Part shown: positions 52,270-64,000 of the stretch, one piece after another
How positions within the stretch are numbered: position 1 is the stretch's first letter
How the letters are laid out: the number at the start of each line of letters is the position of its first letter
Program-made: the position numbers and the translations under genes
The notes under the pieces: model-generated
What the model saw: the letters and a program-made list of their open reading frames with translations, nothing else
Databases searched by the model: none
What the model was told of the DNA's origin: nothing
Assembly: GCF_001194135.2 (NCBI RefSeq)
Contig: NC_068986.1
Span: forward strand, 6,265,363-6,329,362
Source of the DNA: Octopus bimaculoides
Lineage: Eukaryota
Direction: 5' to 3'
Length of the DNA: 64,000 nt

Positions 52270-52545
52270 CGCAGGTGCTACAAGTGTGGCCAGAAAGGTC
52301 ACATACGAGCAATCTGCTCTCTACAAAAGAAAAAAAATTGGAAGAACTGGTAAAAGAAAAGGAGGAGACAATACCTCCACCAGAAGAAACAGAAGAAAAA
52401 GCAGGCAGAACAGAAGACCAATGGGTGACACCAGGAAAGAAAAGGAAGAGAAAAAGAAGGAAACCAGGCAAAATAAATCCTGAAACCCACCCCACCCAAC
52501 TACCACCCTCACCCTCTTCTCCCCACCCTCTCCCTACAGACACTG
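52270..52545 (+). pseudogene. Second ORF1 C-terminal half (CCHC knuckle plus basic/Pro-rich tail), frameshifted
   Basis: RRCYKCGQKGHIRAIC at 52270-52317 (frame 1, missed by the ORF track), continuing in another frame as EEKAGRTEDQWVTPGKKRKRKRR. Confidence 0.7.
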
Positions 52546-53166
52546 AATNNNNNNNNNNNNNNNNNNNNNNNNNACCCACCCCCCTCCAACACGAAAACAA
52601 ACACAGTCAGACACAAGTAACTCAATCTGCCCTTCCCTAGAAAAAAGGAAGAAAAGAACCTACATAATAATGTACGATAAAAAAAAATTGGTAAGACATT
52701 AGAGCGGTGGACACACGCAGGTTCGACAACGTGCAAGGGTGGCATTGCTGCCTGTTGCTGGACGAAATCCAAAGAGGGAAAATTATAAAATTTAAAAAGG
52801 ACATAAAATATGGCAAGTCGATATGCAAAATCTGCCAGAGACTATGGAGTACACGTTCTTATTGAAGGAGTACGGAGTAGACATTTTGGAAGGCTCCGGG
52901 TTAAAAAGAAAAAAAAGAACAGAAGTAAAATGAAGAAACTCAGAAGTGGGGCTGAGGAAACTTCATTCCATTTCTCATTTTCATATTTTTATCATTCATT
53001 ATAACATTCGCCTTTTCTTTTTTTCTTTTTCTTTGTTATGTATCCCCACATGTCTTTGTGTTGTCCCCTCTCTGTAGGCAATAAAGAAATATTTTCACGA
53101 GTGGTTGGTATGTAATTGTATAATTGTATTTCCGTATTTGTTTTTTTTTTTTACATTGTGTGAAAA

Positions 53167-53247
53167 CATCCTGATGAAGGGAGTGTCAGTTTTAAAAATA
53201 TGAAATATATCATGTTACTTGGCACGTCTTTGAAACGGTCGTAGATG
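53167..53247 (+). ncRNA. Type I hammerhead ribozyme motif with extended stem II
   Basis: Stem I catc/gatg, CTGATGA (53171-77), stem II aggga-gtgtca/tggcac-g-tcttt, GAAAC (53232-36), ggtc loop, GUA (53241-43). Confidence 0.7.
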
Positions 53248-53631
53248 GAATTTTTTAAAATTTTTGTTATATTTTCGTGGTATTTTAGTACGTCCTTTTA
53301 ATGTTTTATCCTCTCAAATTTTTATTACACCAATGTATCGTAACTTTTAAATGTAAAACTCACTGTGTTTTATGTATCATATCGTTATTTATTTATATGT
53401 ATTTTTATATTTATATATTTTGAATCTTTAGATCAGTTTTATAAATGTAGAAGAAGATATATATATATATTTGATTTTGTGTGTGGTCATTATGTTCCTC
53501 TAGTTTCCGCTTGCATTGCCTCCGTTCAGATTATTAAACGGAATATAGCTCACTTGGAGCACTACAACTCCAGTCTATATTTTATTTGCGAGTATTGTTA
53601 ATATTAGCAATCTCAAAATAAAGCAGTGTAT

Positions 53632-53663
<32 letters not shown>

Positions 53664-53671
53664 CATACGCG

Positions 53672-53702
<31 letters not shown>

Positions 53703-54104
53703 AAATGCCCTTTGATTAATTTTAATACTTCAGTTATTTAATGCATTTTTGAGGCCTGCAATCGCCTATATTATTGATTCTGTTACTATCATTTTTTTTA
53801 AATAGTCATACCAGATAATTACAAAATTAGTNNNNNNNNNNNNNNNNNNNNNNNNNNNNNNNNNNNNNNNNNNNNNNNNNNNNNNNNNNNNNNNNNNNNN
53901 NNNNNNNNNNNNNNNNNNNNNNNNNNNNNNNNNNNNNNNNNNNNNNNNNNNNNNNNNNNNNNNNNNNNNNNNNNNNNNNNNNNNNNNNNNNNNNNNNNNN
54001 NNNNNNNNNNNNNNNNNNNNNNNNNNNNNNNNNNNNNNNNNNNTATATATATATATATATATACATACATACACGAGGGGTGTATGAAAAGTCTTGAGCC
54101 TCAA

Positions 54105-54309
54105 AAAAAAGTGTTCAGTTTCCGTCTTCTATATCCACTCACAAGGCTTTGGTTGGCCTGAGGCCATAGTAGAAGACACTTGCCTAAGGTGCCATGCAGT
54201 GGGACTAAACCCGGAACCATGTGGTTGGTAAATAAGCTACTTACCACACAGCCACTCCTGGTGTATATATAAATATACAAACATATATATATACAAATAC
54301 ATACATACA

Positions 54310-54350
<41 letters not shown>

Positions 54351-54495
54351 ATAGATATATGATGGGCTTCTCTCAGTTTCTGTCTACCAAATCTTCTTGC
54401 AGAGCTTTGTGTTTCTCACAAGACACTTGTCTAAGGTGCTATGCAATGAGACTGAACCCAAAGTCATGTGGTTGGGAAGCAAACTTCATAATGAC
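54105..54495 (-). mobile_element. Two SINE family A 5' halves (54105-54262, 54360-54495)
   Basis: Same head and body motifs as 31530-31697. A mariner TIR stub (cgaggggtgtatgaaaagt) precedes them at ~54074. Confidence 0.75.
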
Positions 54496-55230
54496 ACATG
54501 AAATCTTTTCCCTTTTCTTCCCCTCACCTCCTTAAATTTTTTTTTTTTTTTTTTTTGCTTTATATAAGTTATTCTTTTTAAGCAGGGCTGCAATCAAAAA
54601 GCGAACTACCGAGTTGATGTTGGAATGACCCCAATATATTTGACAAGGAAGTAAACACTAGGAAACTGTGGAAAAAATTATTGCTCTCTAAACAAGGACC
54701 TTTTCAATATTTGTTTTCAACTGAGTTACACCCACTTCCTTATTATACTCTCATCACAAATACAATGAATCCCAGTGACTGGGCCACTGAAAACCTTTAA
54801 GAAATGATTCTGTTATTCAGTAATATCGATATAAAATAAAACTAAATGAATAATTAGTTCTACAATTTCTAAGAAATAACAATAATGGTAATTCTAATTT
54901 GTTTTAAGCCTAATAACTAATTATATACAAAACTCATTAGGTACTAAATTCCAGCTTTCTCTCCAACTACACACGCACACACGCTTGTCTCTGAAGAAAC
55001 TTTTTGTTTATCATTTATTTACATATTATTTAATATTGTGAAATTGCCTTATGAAATAAGATAAACTTAATCTACCTCATAGATAAAAAAAAAGGATAAA
55101 CTTTACATTCAAGAAGATGTTTTTTGTTGTTGTTATTGTTAGTTTGACATAGCTTTCTTTGAGTAAATGAGCAAAGTGAATGTTCAGCTGCTTACTAGAA
55201 CTAAATTTGTTCTCTCCTTCTCTTTGTCTC

Positions 55231-55277
<47 letters not shown>

Positions 55278-55502
55278 TGAAGTCTAAAAACTTATGCCAT
55301 GATAACATCTTTTCATTGAATGCCAAACTTTGCTCCCTCTTCTCTGCCTCACCTCACCACACACAACCACACTGTTCCTGCTCAAGATGATTCTCTTGCA
55401 GCACTCTAAGCTGGAATAGCTTTAACAGAAGCATTTTTCTACATTATAAATAATGGCAAGGAAAGAATATAGACATTACTATTATTAGTTACGTTCTCTA
55501 AT

Positions 55503-55945
55503 TCATCATCATCATCATCGTTTAACGTCCGCTTTCCATGCTAGCATGGGTTGGACGACTTGACTGAGGACTGGTGAAACCGGATGGCAACACCAGGCTC
55601 CAATCTAAATTTGGCAGAGTTTCTACAGCTGGATGCCCTTCCTAACGCCAACCACTCAGAGAGTGTAGTAGGTGCTTTTACGTGTCACCTGCACGAAGAC
55701 CAGTCAGGCGATACTGGCAACGGCCACGCTCGAAATGGTGTCTTTTATGTGCCACCCGCACAAGCCAGTCCAGGGGCACTAGCAACGATCTCGCTCTAAA
55801 ATCCTACGGAGACCAGTCAGGCGGTACTGGCAACGGCCACGCTCAAAATGGTGCATCTTATGTGCCACCCGCACAAGAGCCAGTCCAGGGGCACTGGCAA
55901 CGATCTTACTTGGCTTGCCGGGTCTTCTCACGCATAGCACATTTC
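55503..55945 (-). mobile_element. RTE LINE 3' end with two ~105-bp UTR repeats and (GAT)n tail
   Basis: Reverse complement of 60-270 joined to the tail seen at 6543-6732. Confidence 0.9.
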
Positions 55946-56161
55946 CAATTGTTCATTTTAAAACAAATGAGTGCAAACTATGTGATCTTAGGTTCTTCAC
56001 ATAGCATTATCTCACATTAATGTTGACAGTTGCGACATCGACAAAAGCACAGCTATAAGACTAGCATTAGATTCTCAACAGAATAAATAGACTTGGGTGC
56101 ATTGTTTAACAATACACAACAGGATAAAAAGTTTTGGCTCATAAAAGGCAATTTTCTCACT

Positions 56162-56198
<37 letters not shown>

Positions 56199-56199
56199 G

Positions 56200-56895
56200 T
56201 TCCAGAAATTCTGAACCTTTTCTGGACTGAATAGTGACTGGTGACAAGAAATGGGTTCCCTATAAAAATGTCAAGTGCCAATGACAGTGGGTAAGGAAAG
56301 TAGAAACACCAGCACCCCAGGCTAAAGAAGGCCTTCACCCATGTAAGGTGGTGTTATCTGTTTGGTGGGATACGAAAGGTTTAGTCCACTTTGACCTTTT
56401 AAATCCAAACCAAACAATAACAAAGGAAATCTACTGCGAGCAGCTTGAGTGGCTTCAATCAGTGCCAGAAGAAAGACAACAATCTTTGGTTTCAAGACGA
56501 AAGGTGTTCTTCCATCAGGATAATGCTCGGCCACATACAGCAAGGATGACATTCCAGAGGCTAGAGCATTTTGAATGGGAAATGATACCCCACCCACCAT
56601 ATTTGCCGGACATTGTCCAATTCGATTATCATTTATTCTGCAGTCTTCAAAATCATTTAGACACAAAGAATATGAATTCTGCAGATGTGGTCAGTACAGT
56701 ACTGGAGGAGTATTTTTCATTACGGACAAGTGAGTTTTGGAAGAGGGACTTTGCAAGTCTACCAGATAGATGGAAGAGCATTGCAGAAAATGAAGAAGAG
56801 TACATTTTAGATTAAAAAAGAACTTTGTTTATCTTAATTTTGAAAATAACAGAGGTATAAAAAAAAAACCATGTTATTTATGGGTTGACTCAATA
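56200..56895 (+). mobile_element. Mariner transposon 3' half (DD34D catalytic domain), 5'-truncated
   Basis: VTGDKKW (~56236), VWWDTKG, FHQDNARPH, then 34 residues, then QFDYHLF in ORF 56348-56815. Right TIR gttatttatgggttgactcaa|ta. Confidence 0.9.
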
Positions 56896-57811
56896 CAATG
56901 GTAAAACATACTTACACACAAAAACAAACACAACACATACACACTTATGTTTTACTAACACATTTTGTGAATTTGTTGTTGTTGCTGCTGCTTGTTTTCA
57001 ATTATTGTTGCCAAACTGTGTCATTAGGGGGATACACTCTGCATGAAAACATTATAATAAAATTGATGTGAATGTACATAAGGTAGTGAAGGGAAAGGAT
57101 TATTAGTTTAATAATTAATTCTGGTCAAGAGAGACAGGGGAGACAACTCTGGTATCTAAACTATACTTCACTGAGGAGGTTGATTAAGATGGAAACACGT
57201 CCAGAGTTGTCAAAGAGGAGACCTACTCTCCTCTACATTGTCCACTTATTGCTTTTAATTAATTCAAAATTATGGCCTCTCCACCCCCACCTCCACTCCT
57301 CCTGTCTTACGTTAGCAACAAGCAATGTGCATTAGACCTCAAATGATAAATACTGAACTTTGAAATTCACATTCAGTTTGTGTCCTTGGTATTACAGAAT
57401 AGCTATTGACATATTCTAAAGATGTCAAAACTTGTTACATAGAAACGTTTGACATGGTTTTAAAACATATGCCAATCATTTTGCAGGTTATTATGTCTTA
57501 TAGAAATATACTACCTTTTGTTTTCTGGTTTCTTGAGAGTAAAACTGATTTGAGATAAGTATACAATAGAAATCAATAGGGACCATTGTGAGTGGACAGC
57601 TGTATAATATATCACTAATATGACTTTTCTATAATAGCATGTAGTTTTCGCTTCTATATTCTGTGTGGTTTTCTTCCAGCTACTTGCAAGACAAAAGTAA
57701 GAGTTCCCTGATGGGTCTTAAGAAAGGTGAATCTAGTTGGTTCAGTCCTTGGTTCAAGCTGCCAAAAGGCCCATAATTAAATTATGAGACATAACTTCTC
57801 AGAGAAATTAA

Positions 57812-57849
<38 letters not shown>

Positions 57850-57852
57850 AAG

Positions 57853-58450
57853 CCATATTTGCTTAATAGCAGCAAAGAAAATGGAGAGTTGAAAGTTAAT
57901 AATTATTTATTAATAAAATGATACTTCATACATCCTACAGCTGTTTCAATTGTGCTTATTAAATAAATTACAAATTTATGGTCTAAATTTGCCTTTATAA
58001 GGTATAAAAACAATATCAGGGAAAAAAACATACAATAAAAGATTACATGTTGACCTCTTAGTTCATACTGGCAGACTAAGTATATGGAATTATTTTATTT
58101 TTATTTATGTGTGTGTGTGTGAGGGATAATGGATTAATTTGAATATAATAAGAAATAAAGTAATATAATAAGGTCGAATAAAAAAAAGTAATATAAAAAG
58201 TAAGGTATAAGATATCAAATAAATAAAATAAAAATTAAAATAAAGTAAATGAATAAATAAAAGTAGAACAAAAATAAAATAAGAAAAAATAGAATAGCCT
58301 CTATATATTAATCTGTGCCCATTTGTTGGAAAAATTTTAATTAGTTCACATGTGGTTAAGCATGTCAGAAAATATCAAATCATAACAGTTTGACAATATA
58401 CATGTGTGTGGAATTATATGGTAATAAAAGACTCAAAGTAGAAATCCCAT

Positions 58451-58509
<59 letters not shown>

Positions 58510-59375
58510 TGCTCATATACACACACACATATATACATATCTATATACATACCCATGTATACACACACATGCATATACATTAATGTGTATATAAATGCAC
58601 AGATATGCAAATACATGCTCATCGGTATGTACATGAGGCATACAATCATACACATATAACTTTCAATTTGGTAGTATTTATTTATATTCAGGTGTGATTT
58701 AATTAATGCTTCTATGAAATACATTTACATAAAATGATAAGCATAGGTATTTATCTACCATATAATCAGCACGATGAATCTATATTGTTTGTTTACATTC
58801 TAGATGGATAGAAATCTTGTGCATTATGTCATCATAAATGTGGTTTATTGAAAGAATTTCGAGATATTATCAATATATGGGAATTTAGTTCATCTGTATT
58901 ATTTAATTAATAAGTATTGTTAATTATAGCTTAATATTAATATTAACGTTAGATAATAGGCCAAAAATATTATGTATTGTAACATAAATGTTACAAATAT
59001 TCAGTTAGGTATAAATGTAGAAAGACTAGTGTGTTAGTTATAGATATGAGTTTGTTATGTTATGTCATCTCAATTATGTTGATATAAATAGTTACAATAT
59101 CTAATCAATACGTGATGATTAAGTTAATCTCAGTAAAATAATTAATAATTATTATTAACTATTCTTTTCTTTTATTCTTTTACTTGTTTCAGTCATTTGA
59201 CTGCGGCCATGCTGGAGCACCACCTTTAGTCGAGCAAATCGACCCCGGGACTTATTCTTTGTAAGCCTAGTACTTATTCTATCGGATTCTTTTGCCGAAC
59301 CGCTAAGTGACGGGGACATAAACACACCAGCATCGGTTGTCAAGCAATGCTAGGGGGACAAACACAGACACACAA

Positions 59376-59424
<49 letters not shown>

Positions 59425-60030
59425 TACGACGAGCTTCTTTCAGTTTCCGTCTACCAAATCCACTCACAAGGCTTTGGTCAGCCCGAGGCTATAGTAGAAG
59501 ACACTTGCCCAAGATGCCACGCAGTGGGACTGAACCCGGAACCATGTGGTTGGTAAGCAAGCTACTTACCGAATATATTATGTATCATAAATGGTGTAAT
59601 CAATAATAGTTATCTCAATAATTTTTTGTCGATATAATTATGAGATATTTTTAATAACTCTAGTCTGTTATATCAATAGGTAATATGTCTTCTAAATGTT
59701 AGGAGATATTATATGAATAGTATATTATATAGTTTAGTATTACCCTATGTTATGAGTATAAAGTTTAATTATACTTAGAGAAAACATATTTCGCTGAATG
59801 AAGACATATTAGATTTTTTTCTCTTTTCTTTAATTAAGTAATTTTTTTCTAGATATAAGGATTCTATATGCTTCTTCAGTACACAACTCACATCTTTTGT
59901 TGGAGATTTTATATGATTGTGCAATAAGCACAATTGAAACAACTGCAAGATGCATGAAGTATCATTTTATTAATAAATAATTATTAGCTTTCAACTCACC
60001 ATTTTCTTTTCTGCTATTAAGCGAATATGG
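57853..60030. repeat. Inverted repeat pair (~108 bp; 57853-57960 and 59923-60030), possible TIRs of a non-autonomous DNA element
   Basis: ccatatttgcttaatagcagcaaagaaaatgg...caattgtgcttatt versus its reverse complement. Confidence 0.6.
59160..59570 (-). mobile_element. SINE family A, nearly full length, young
   Basis: Tail ttttacttgtttcagtcatttgactgcggccatgctgg through head ggaaccatgtggttggtaagcaagctac. Confidence 0.9.
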
Positions 60031-60189
60031 ATTATATGCATAATATATACCTACTGATTTAGGGAAATTTTATTTTCCAAAAATATATTTGGTATAGAAC
60101 TAGTGTCTTCATGGATGTAATCATCCCTTTATGAAGTTAATATATCCTCTATTTAACTTATATATAAGTTAATTAGAGGATATATTTAA

Positions 60190-60398
60190 CTGGCAGAATC
60201 ATTAGCACGCTAGGCGAATGCTTAGCGGTATTTCGTCTGCTGCTACGTTCTGAGTTCAAATTCCGTCGAGGTCGACTTTGCCTTTCATCCTTTCGGGGTT
60301 GATTAAATAAGTACTAGTTACACACTGAGGTCGATGTAATCGACTTAATCCCTTTGTTTGTCCCTTCTATGTTTAGCCCTTTGTGAGCAATAAAGAAT
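60190..60398 (+). mobile_element. SINE family B
   Basis: Head, central domain and tail ttgtgagcaataaagaa. A convergent minus-strand copy lies at 60816-60985 across the gap. Confidence 0.85.
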
Positions 60399-60479
60399 TG
60401 TATATATATAAATATATATATAAATTCCTCTATTTGCATAATATCAAGGTCTCTTTCTTTCTTTTGTTGTCCTTCCTGT

Positions 60480-60517
<38 letters not shown>

Positions 60518-63394
60518 NNNNNNNNNNNNNNNNNNNNNNNNNNNNNNNNNNNNNNNNNNNNNNNNNNNNNNNNNNNNNNNNNNNNNNNNNNNNNNNNNNN
60601 NNNNNNNNNNNNNNNNNNNNNNNNNNNNNNNNNNNNNNNNNNNNNNNNNNNNNNNNNNNNNNNNNNNNNNNNNNNNNNNNNNNNNNNNNNNNNNNNNNNN
60701 NNNNNNNNNNNNNNNNNNNNNNNNNNNNNNNNNNNNNNNNNNNNNNNNNNNNNNNNNNNNNNNNNNNNNNNNNNNNNNNNNNNNNNNNNNNNNNNNNNNN
60801 NNNNNNNNNNNNNNNGGGGGGCAGTCAATTAGATCGACTCCCAGTATGCAACTGGTATTTAATTTACCGACTCCGAAAGGATGAACGGCAAAGTCAAACT
60901 CGGCGGAATTTGAACTTAAAACATAAAGACAGACAAAATACCGCTCAGCATTTCGCCAGGTGTGCTAACGTTTCTGCCAGCTCACTTGTCTTAAGAGAAA
61001 TATTAATAGCATTATTGTCATCTGTCTAGAATGGTCTACAAATGCCATGAGCACCTCCCCTTCCTCCACACCAAGCAAGTAAAATAAAGCTATGTAGTAG
61101 TAGTAGTAGTAGCAGCAGCAGCAGCAGCAGTAGTTGTTGTAGTGAGAGTAGCAGGAAGAGGAGTATACTCATATGATATCCAGTCCTGTTAGTTGATTTG
61201 CACACAGCAATACATGTTAAATAAATACTTATTAGTTACTCAATGCTGCTGTTATATAATTAATTACTATATGATTAACAGGTATAATTAACTCTATAAT
61301 TAGTGAGTGGTTATATACACAAAAATTACTATTTATAACTTGATGGACTGAATTGTTTCTGAATTATCTTGTCCTTGGGCCAAATACTTGCATACAAACC
61401 TTTTACATCATCATCATTGTCATCGTCATCATCATCATCATCATTATAATTATCATCATTATTTTAACATCCACTTTTGCATTCTTGCATGGCTCAACCG
61501 AAATTTGTCCGGGCTGATTTTCTGTGACTAGACTCTCTTCTTGTCACCAGCCTCATCTGTTTCTAGGCTCGGAAATATTTTTCTGGGTCTTTTGAACATG
61601 AGCAGCACAATGGCCAGGTATGTTTTTCATCGAAGATTATAAATGAACACTGTCACTTTGTTTGTTGTCGCAGCTGGATTCATGCTACTTCCCCCCAGAT
61701 ACTCCTGTCCCACTCATCCCTCCCCTTCCCATTACTTTTGCTGTGTCCAGTCTACTTAGGTACCTCATTATTCATTACACTGAATCATTCTTGCCTAGAA
61801 TATCGGACTCTGAAATTTCTACTTCATTTAAGATACAGCCAATAATTTTGATGTACTTAGAAAGTAAATTGATTTGAGACTACGAATTGAAAACAAAGCA
61901 GCTACGCCATTTTAACCATCTAAACACACAAAAATCTACAATGTTCATTTTATACTGACAAATAAAGAAATCCAAGCATTAATACATAACCAATAGAAAG
62001 TCAAAAGATTCAATATAGTCAGACAAAACACTTAGATTTCTGACCTTACAAAATCTGTGTTTATGAATCCTTTGAGGCAATGTGCTCCTGCATGGCCACA
62101 GTCCAATGACTGAAACAAGTGAAATAAAAGAATAATACAGAAATGTTAATTAGACACTTTTAGTCTCTTTGTGACTTTTAGGACACTCTATAGTTGTTGA
62201 CTAACTTCTGTCAGGTTTTATTTTTGCTCTTTATATTCTGAGTTCAAATCCTGCCAAAATCAACTTTGCCTTTCATTCCTTTGAGGTTGATAAAAGACAG
62301 TATTGTCAAGTACTGTGGTTGATGTAATCAACTAACCCATGTCCCCCTAAAAATAGCTAGTCTTGTGCTAAAATTTCAAATAATTATTTAATCTTGCAAT
62401 AATTTTTATGAAAGTTGATTGAAAAGACTTCGAAATTCTGTATTGTTTAAATAAGGTTCATTGACCATTATTTTATCTGTATATGTTTTGTTGATATTTC
62501 AATGCCTTGTTAAGTGTTCAGACTTCATCATCGATAAGACTTGATAATAATCTTAAATAACATTAACTTTATTGCACAATATATGATTGAAATATTATAT
62601 GTATTATGACAGTACAACTTGGCTAAGCTGACAGAGAGTTAGAGTGTTGGCCAACTGACCAAAGAACCAAAGATATACTGGCTATTACCAAGCACTAAGT
62701 AAATGCTCTAAATAAAGATTTAACTGGTAAGCAAAGATACAACTGTTGTTGTTGCTGTTAAGTTCTGATTAAACAGACCTAGGATCTGAAGTATCCAAGC
62801 ATGACCACATCCAGTCTATTTTTAAGACAAATGCTATTTGAAGGAAATTTAGCTATTATTTCTAGTAAATCATTAGCCCTCATTCATAGAGGCATCTTCA
62901 TTTACTTGATGAAGCACTATTGCAGTTTAGCTCCAGGGCAGCTCTGACAGTGCAGATTTATATCTACAGTTCTGCCAGCCATGATCATCATATCTGTAAA
63001 TATTTCAAGGGTTGCATTGCCCAATGTATCCTTTATCTCAGACAATAGAGTGTGTTCTGAGGTAGATGTGATTGTTATTTCTAATTGAGCAAGATACTTT
63101 TTCATTGACTTGTCGATCTTACTATAGATATTATGACTTCGAGAAGCACTTTACAATATCAATTATACCAATTACATAATAATTAGTAAAAGTCAAACAA
63201 TTAACTCTGTTTGTCAAGAAGTTTATATCTGAGGTTCTGGAAAGTCTAGGACATTCTACATTCTCTTCTCTCTATCCATTTTTCATTTATATCTGAGCTT
63301 AATATATTTCATATTCTCTGTAAGTACTAATTATCAAGAAACACTGTAAATTAAGAAATGACTGAATATACAACCAAACCACATTGTACATAAG

Positions 63395-63810
63395 ACATGT
63401 GAGGTTTGATCAAAGAGTATTGGAACTGTTGCTATAAAAAGAAAACTACAGCACATATCAATTCAGCATTTAATCTCCTTCAAAGTAACTCCCTTTTGAA
63501 GCCACTCATGTTATCCAGTGTCGTTTCCATTGATAGAAGCATTCCTGGAACAAATGTGTTGCATGGGATGGGTGAGAATGGTATGCAGCCAGCTGATTCA
63601 GAGGAACAGAGAATAATGTGATAGTGGTAGTAGTAGAAGAGACATACAGAGAGGAAACAGCACATCTGTGAACCAACAGTCGTGGTAGTGAGTTGATGAG
63701 TGAAATTTTGCCAGTTAGTTGAGTGTACAATGGATATGTTCTAGGAAGTATGAAGCAGCAGCACCATCCCTTATATGTGAATGATACTCCAAGATGGGTT
63801 TTACTTGAAC
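63395..63810 (-). mobile_element. Old mariner 3' remnant
   Basis: FQECFYQWKRHW (mariner C-terminal W..RW motif) and VSFTYKG; TIR-like gtgaggtttgatcaaagagtat at ~63400. Confidence 0.5.
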
Positions 63811-64000
63811 TTTTTTTCATATCAGTAACTGACCATGACCGATAGATTTACATATATCCTAGTCCTAAAGAAGAAACAGTTTTTGTAACGTCATATATAA
63901 GGAGAGATCACCGTAATACTGATTTATTCAGATAGCTATTCAATATCTAGAATATGTTTTTTGTCAGTTTTATCTCTTTATTTAAAGTTTTAAAAGTGAT

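Larger units (their letters stand above)
50366..53330. mobile_element. L1/Tx1-like retroelement complex: inverted minus arm 50366-51195, plus arm ~51195-53330
   Basis: Two CCHC knuckles; ORF2-start-like MSNVHVGCINVHGL (52207-52248); three copies of a 3'UTR ending AATAAAGAAAT (50502-07 minus, 50924-29 minus, 53080-85 plus). Inverted matches 50366-50670 vs 52890-53227 and 51080-51195 vs 52575-52692. Confidence 0.7.

Noticed and set aside
57168-57205. HHR-like ctgagga...ggaaacacgtc
   Set aside because: No stem I pairing and a poor stem II.

Overview
Animal genomic DNA from a gapped short-read scaffold (many N-gaps flanked by microsatellites). The SINE/LINE families and microsatellite density resemble octopus (inference; no organism label is given). 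The window is almost entirely intergenic or intronic and dense in repeats. I found no confidently supportable host gene, tRNA, rRNA or CRISPR array. It is a nested graveyard of mobile elements: RTE LINEs (including a 5'-inverted BovB-like copy), R4/Dong-type restriction-like-endonuclease LINEs, at least five Penelope-like element (PLE) remnants, Helitrons (including a decayed PIF1 helicase), mariners, TTAA-flanked MITEs and four tRNA-derived SINE families. Read at RNA level, the window carries several type I hammerhead ribozyme (HHR) motifs: a head-to-head palindromic pair at 3.8 kb, two different HHRs in tandem at 24.2-24.5 kb, and others. The best candidate for an undescribed system is 50.4-53.3 kb. 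It is an L1/Tx1-like retroelement complex with CCHC zinc-knuckle ORF1 copies, almost no ORF2 and an inverted duplication. Its 3' end runs past the poly(A) signal into a hammerhead, and its 3' tail is shared with the most common young SINE in the window. All family assignments come from motif recognition by eye, not database searches. Element boundaries are approximate unless a TSD or TIR is quoted.
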